Shown here one piece after another: positions 63,965-64,000 of a stretch of DNA of 64,000 bases. The stretch is taken from assembly GCA_050942955.1 (NCBI GenBank), contig JBMNOG010000003.1, positions 3,049 to 67,048 of the forward strand, written 5' to 3'. Each line of letters opens with the position of its first letter. Position 1 is the stretch's first letter. The notes below the pieces were generated by a model. That model made no database searches. It saw only the letters and a list, made by a program, of their open reading frames with translations, and was not told the DNA's origin. A program made the translations under genes and the position numbers. The stretch comes from Patescibacteria group bacterium (lineage in GTDB: Bacteria > Patescibacteriota > Microgenomatia > UBA1400 > UBA1449).

Positions 63965-64000
63965 AGAAGCTTCGACTTTATCTTGGGATATAATGTTTTC

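Noticed and set aside
1-64000. CRISPR arrays, rRNA genes, and insertion-sequence, transposase or integrase genes.
   Set aside because: I looked for regularly spaced short direct repeats with unique spacers and for long conserved rRNA-like stretches in the intergenic regions. I found none. No ORF shows the DDE, tyrosine-recombinase or serine-recombinase signatures.
1-64000. Alternative genetic code (UGA recoded as Gly or Trp, as in some CPR lineages).
   Set aside because: Conserved enzymes (RNRs, PBPs, PflB, SufS, GAPDH) end at TGA, TAA or TAG stops at the positions expected from homologs, without requiring read-through. The standard code fits.

Overview
This 64 kb window looks like a small, AT-rich (~38-40% GC) genome read with the standard genetic code. 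It has no rRNA, CRISPR array, transposase or integrase that I could see. The gene content suggests a fermentative, reduced-genome bacterium, possibly of the CPR/Patescibacteria type. That lineage call is inferred from gene content only. The indicative genes are class II ribonucleotide reductases, an ATP-dependent DNA ligase, pyruvate formate-lyase, ADP-forming acetyl-CoA synthetase, 2-oxoacid:ferredoxin oxidoreductase, two PBP1A paralogs and T4SS-like genes.

Gene content, in order:
1. A large C-terminal M23-peptidase membrane protein, possibly truncated at the window edge, and a membrane-anchored hypothetical.
2. A minus-strand tRNA with anticodon UAU (Ile2 type), followed by a VirB4/VirD4-like T4SS P-loop ATPase.
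3. An 11.6 kb co-directional minus-strand array: nrdR, three tandem, divergent, full-length class II (B12-dependent) ribonucleotide reductases, a MazG-like NTP pyrophosphatase, Maf, a cob(I)alamin adenosyltransferase and a hypothetical.
4. Two tandem PBP1A genes.
5. Glycolysis and pentose genes: gpmI, gap, rpiB.
6. A LOG-family gene, an ATP-dependent DNA ligase, Fic, nnrD, recF and mutM.
7. A complete rrf2-sufCBD-sufS-sufU operon. SufU is fused to a DUF1858 redox-disulfide domain.
8. A SIMPL-domain protein, ADP-forming acetyl-CoA synthetase and pflA/pflB.
9. A stress-type neighbourhood at 46-59 kb. It holds a secreted coiled-coil protein, YibE/F, DUF134, DUF5320, a holin-like DUF360 protein and an eRF1/Pelota-like GGQ-less protein next to an HPF-like protein. 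It also holds YtxH-like proteins, a degenerate histidine-kinase-like protein, GlsB/YmgE, an OmpR-type response regulator, a CheY-like response regulator, a PAS histidine kinase, a DUF378 protein and a KGG-repeat stress protein.
10. An FNR-like flavoprotein, korA/korB and an EamA transporter.

The observations worth a second look are these:
- A recurring cis-element of GTAAGAA-like heptamers in direct repeats phased at 11 bp, found in at least six promoter regions around the two-component system. This is a putative OmpR-family regulon.
- An operon encoding an eRF1-domain-2-like protein with the GGQ motif replaced, plus a ribosome-hibernation-factor-like protein, with the same motif upstream.
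- The triple class II RNR array with an NrdR box upstream and a perfect 13-bp inverted repeat between two of the RNR genes.
- T4SS-like genes flanking the tRNA(UAU).
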